37,902 nucleotides of DNA from a virus (taxonomy: Duplodnaviria; Caudoviricetes). Positions 35,481-37,902 of this stretch are shown piece by piece (position 1 is the first letter of the stretch; each line of letters begins with the position of its first letter). Made by a program: the position numbers and the translations under genes. The stretch lies in IMG/VR virus record IMGVR_UViG_3300032280_000446, positions 1 through 37,902 of that record; one strand, given 5' to 3'. Below the pieces are notes generated by a model that was given only the letters and a program-made list of their open reading frames with translations, did not search any database and had not been told where the DNA came from.

Positions 35481-36410
35481 ATGGCTCTAAATTACGATAA
35501 TATTCATTTAATACCTAGATACTCTGATTTAGAATCCCGTACATTAGCTTCTACAGAGGTAACGTTCGGTAATAGAGTTTTTAAACTTCCTATTATACCT
35601 GCTAATATGGAAACGGTTATTAGCTCTGAATGGGCTAATTGGCTATCTAATAATGATTATTTTTATGTAATGCATAGATTTAGAGACGTTACTATACCAT
35701 TTGTACGTAAAGCAAATAAAGAGCGTTGGAAGACTATTAGTATATCAACCGGTGTTAACGAAGATAGTCTCGATGAACTTAAAGTAATGGCATCAGAAGG
35801 TCTTAGTATTGATTATATTACCATTGATGTAGCGCATGGACATCATTTTAAAGTTCAAAATAGAATAGCTGAAATAGAGAAACTTTTTCCTGGTACTTTT
35901 ATTATTGCAGGTAATGTTACAACTGGTAAAGCTATTAAAGATTTAGAACTCTGGGGTGCTAATGCTATTAAAGTTGGTATCGGTCCTGGAGCTGCTTGTA
36001 CAACAAGGCTTGAAACCGGTTTTCATATGCCTATGTTTAGTGCTGTACTTGAATGTACACAGGCAGCTAGTGTACCTATAATCGCTGATGGAGGTATTAA
36101 ACATTACGGTGACATAGCTAAAGCAATTGTAGCTGGTGCTACAATGGTTATGGCAGGTTCTTTATTTGCATCGTGTACAGATTCTCCAGCACCCGTTGTT
36201 GACGGTAAGAAAGTATACTACGGTTCTGCTAGTTATCAGGCAAAAGGTAAAAATAAAAACATTGAAGGTACATTACTGCAAATCTCTCAAAGCTCTACAC
36301 TTGAAGAGCGTTTGAATAGTATCAAACAGTCATTGCAGTCATCTATAAGTTATGGTGGCGGTACAACGCTTTCTAGCTTAAAATATGTACAGTATGTCCA
36401 AGTCAAATAA
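35481..36410 (+). CDS. guaC: GMP reductase
   Basis: PANMETVI, FYVMHRF, YITIDVAHGH, IAGNV, KVGIGPGAACTT, IIADGGI, YYGSAS; no CBS domains. Confidence 0.92.
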   Translation: MALNYDNIHLIPRYSDLESRTLASTEVTFGNRVFKLPIIPANMETVISSEWANWLSNNDYFYVMHRFRDVTIPFVRKANKERWKTISISTGVNEDSLDELKVMASEGLSIDYITIDVAHGHHFKVQNRIAEIEKLFPGTFIIAGNVTTGKAIKDLELWGANAIKVGIGPGAACTTRLETGFHMPMFSAVLECTQAASVPIIADGGIKHYGDIAKAIVAGATMVMAGSLFASCTDSPAPVVDGKKVYYGSASYQAKGKNKNIEGTLLQISQSSTLEERLNSIKQSLQSSISYGGGTTLSSLKYVQYVQVK

Positions 36411-37548
36411 AGCTCGTAAAATTAAACCACACATTTTAGGTAAAGATATTACATTTTATGACGTCTCTCAATCCGTTGCTCATTTCCCTGTCGGTCTTTA
36501 TTTTAATAAAGTGCATGGCGTATGTCCTTGCGTATTAGATTTAGGTCATAGACTTACAGGAGATATTATTACATTCTTAGAAAAGAATGGCGAATTAATT
36601 TACGAGTATAACTCTATACCGTCATCAGCTCCGGCTTCTACAATATATGAGTTTAATGATTATTACGCAGAAAACGAAAGAGTATCTAATATGCTTTATT
36701 CGTATAAAAATATATTAATATTCGTATCTCGTGCTCATGGAAGAAAAGTAAAACAAGAAGAAGTTAACTACGAAATTACTATTTACTATAAGCCTGGTGA
36801 AAATAGTTGCGTTGAAGATTTTAAGAAATTCTTTGTTGAAGAGACTCATAAGAACACAATCTATACAATTTTACGGGACGAAAATGGCTCTATACGTTTT
36901 GAACCGTTCGAAGTACCAATGCCGGAAAATTATAGTGTAGATAATAGCTACGATCCAAAGTTTAAAGACATACATACTAAAATTGTAGATACACTTAATA
37001 AGAATGAATCTGGTCTTTATTTGTTTCACGGTGACCCTGGAACCGGTAAAACAACATACATTAAACATCTTTCATCTTTAATAAAAAGGGAGTTTATTTA
37101 TGTACCAACTAGCTTTTTAGATTACTTGTCAGACCCTTCATTCTTACCTGCTTTACTGCATAAGAAGCAAGCTGTATTAGTAATTGAAGATGCCGAGAAA
37201 GCATTACTAGCAAGAGAGCCGGGCGATGGCGCTGCTGCATCTCTTGTATCTACTATACTCAATTTAACAGATGGTATTATGGCTAATGTTTTTAATATCT
37301 CTATTATAGCGACATACAATTCACCAAGACAGAGTATTGATAAAGCTCTTTTACGTAAGGGTAGATTAAAAGCCGAATATCAGTTTGGTAAACTTTCAAT
37401 TGAACAATCTCAAAAGATTGTAGATAAAGTTAAGAAAGGTTACAAAGTTACAACACCTATGTCTTTGGCTGAAATTTATAATCTTGACGATGAAGACTAT
37501 ATTGTATCGACTGAGCTTGTTGAAGAGAAAAGAATGGGGTTCAGATAA
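36394..37548 (+). CDS. AAA+ ATPase
   Basis: Walker A GDPGTGKT, Walker B LVIEDAE, LNLTDG, IDKALLRKGRL. Confidence 0.9.
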   Translation: MSKSNKARKIKPHILGKDITFYDVSQSVAHFPVGLYFNKVHGVCPCVLDLGHRLTGDIITFLEKNGELIYEYNSIPSSAPASTIYEFNDYYAENERVSNMLYSYKNILIFVSRAHGRKVKQEEVNYEITIYYKPGENSCVEDFKKFFVEETHKNTIYTILRDENGSIRFEPFEVPMPENYSVDNSYDPKFKDIHTKIVDTLNKNESGLYLFHGDPGTGKTTYIKHLSSLIKREFIYVPTSFLDYLSDPSFLPALLHKKQAVLVIEDAEKALLAREPGDGAAASLVSTILNLTDGIMANVFNISIIATYNSPRQSIDKALLRKGRLKAEYQFGKLSIEQSQKIVDKVKKGYKVTTPMSLAEIYNLDDEDYIVSTELVEEKRMGFR

Positions 37549-37593
37549 AAACCAGTTGCAACAGCAAAATACGCATATAATATTAAACGCGAT

Positions 37594-37821
37594 ATGAGAA
37601 ACAACATCACCATCATGAACATCAACGACATCGCTAGTTTCGGTGTCCCGGCCAACGTACCTAAGAACCTCAAGGAGAGCATTGTTGAGAACTATCTCAA
37701 CACTTCTGCTTATGAGTTCCTCGGCTTTGTCGATCGTTCTAATGACGTCGTACTTCGTACCCGTTATTACAACGTTCGTGATAACGCTGGTCGTTTTGCT
37801 ACCGTTGAGGCAACCACCTAA
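37594..37821 (+). CDS. Hypothetical early protein
   Basis: 75 aa; TTGCAA-16 nt-TAATAT promoter upstream (37556-37583) and terminator downstream. Confidence 0.65.
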   Translation: MRNNITIMNINDIASFGVPANVPKNLKESIVENYLNTSAYEFLGFVDRSNDVVLRTRYYNVRDNAGRFATVEATT

Positions 37822-37840
37822 TATTTAGGTATTCATAATA

Positions 37841-37878
37841 ATCCCGGTAGCGAGCAATCCTACCGGGATATATTTTTT
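37841..37878 (+). terminator. Rho-independent terminator
   Basis: ATCCCGGTAG ... CTACCGGGAT followed by a T tract. Confidence 0.8.
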
Positions 37879-37902
37879 ATGATTGATCAAATCAAGGAAT
37901 TA

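Noticed and set aside
4280-37828. Many short nested or antisense ORFs in the track (for example 4280-4834, 6154-7060, 9101-9295, 10563-10751, 14031-15178, 17179-17610, 24130-24477, 36871-37682)
   Set aside because: They lie within well-supported genes or tRNAs and show no motifs or expression signals.
1-37902. Stop-codon reassignment
   Set aside because: Known protein families are full length under the standard bacterial code, TAA, TAG and TGA all end genes, and no suppressor tRNA was seen.
1-37902. CRISPR array, rRNA, integrase or transposase
   Set aside because: No regularly spaced repeats or matching motifs seen.

Overview
AT-rich, gene-dense segment of a large lytic dsDNA phage, probably T4-like or jumbo type. 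The call rests on TAAATA late-promoter boxes, sigma70-like early promoters and the absence of host housekeeping operons. It contains: (i) small late ORFs sharing an N-terminal MNKD..L.EAY..I..E leader; (ii) a translation-takeover set made of ribosomal protein bS21, a 448-nt tmRNA with a 34-residue tag frame, five intact tRNA genes (Cys, Ile-UAU with a long variable arm, Leu-UAA with a short arm, Asn, Arg), a chimeric tRNA-Asp and a tRNA fragment; (iii) a 7.7-kb six-gene glycosylation operon (GT60-like, PLOD-like GT fused to FkbM, NodU carbamoyltransferase, two GT-like genes, HtrL fused to GT25), plus a separate Asp/Asn beta-hydroxylase and FkbM pair; (iv) hsp20, whose 5' and 3' UTRs are complementary; (v) virion fibre, spike and LamG genes; (vi) free-standing GIY-YIG, HNH and PD-(D/E)XK nucleases; (vii) nucleotide metabolism genes (guaC, PRTase, HAD nucleotidase, metallophosphoesterase); (viii) a candidate novel ~120-nt structured ncRNA. 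All family calls come from motif recognition by eye; no searches were run.
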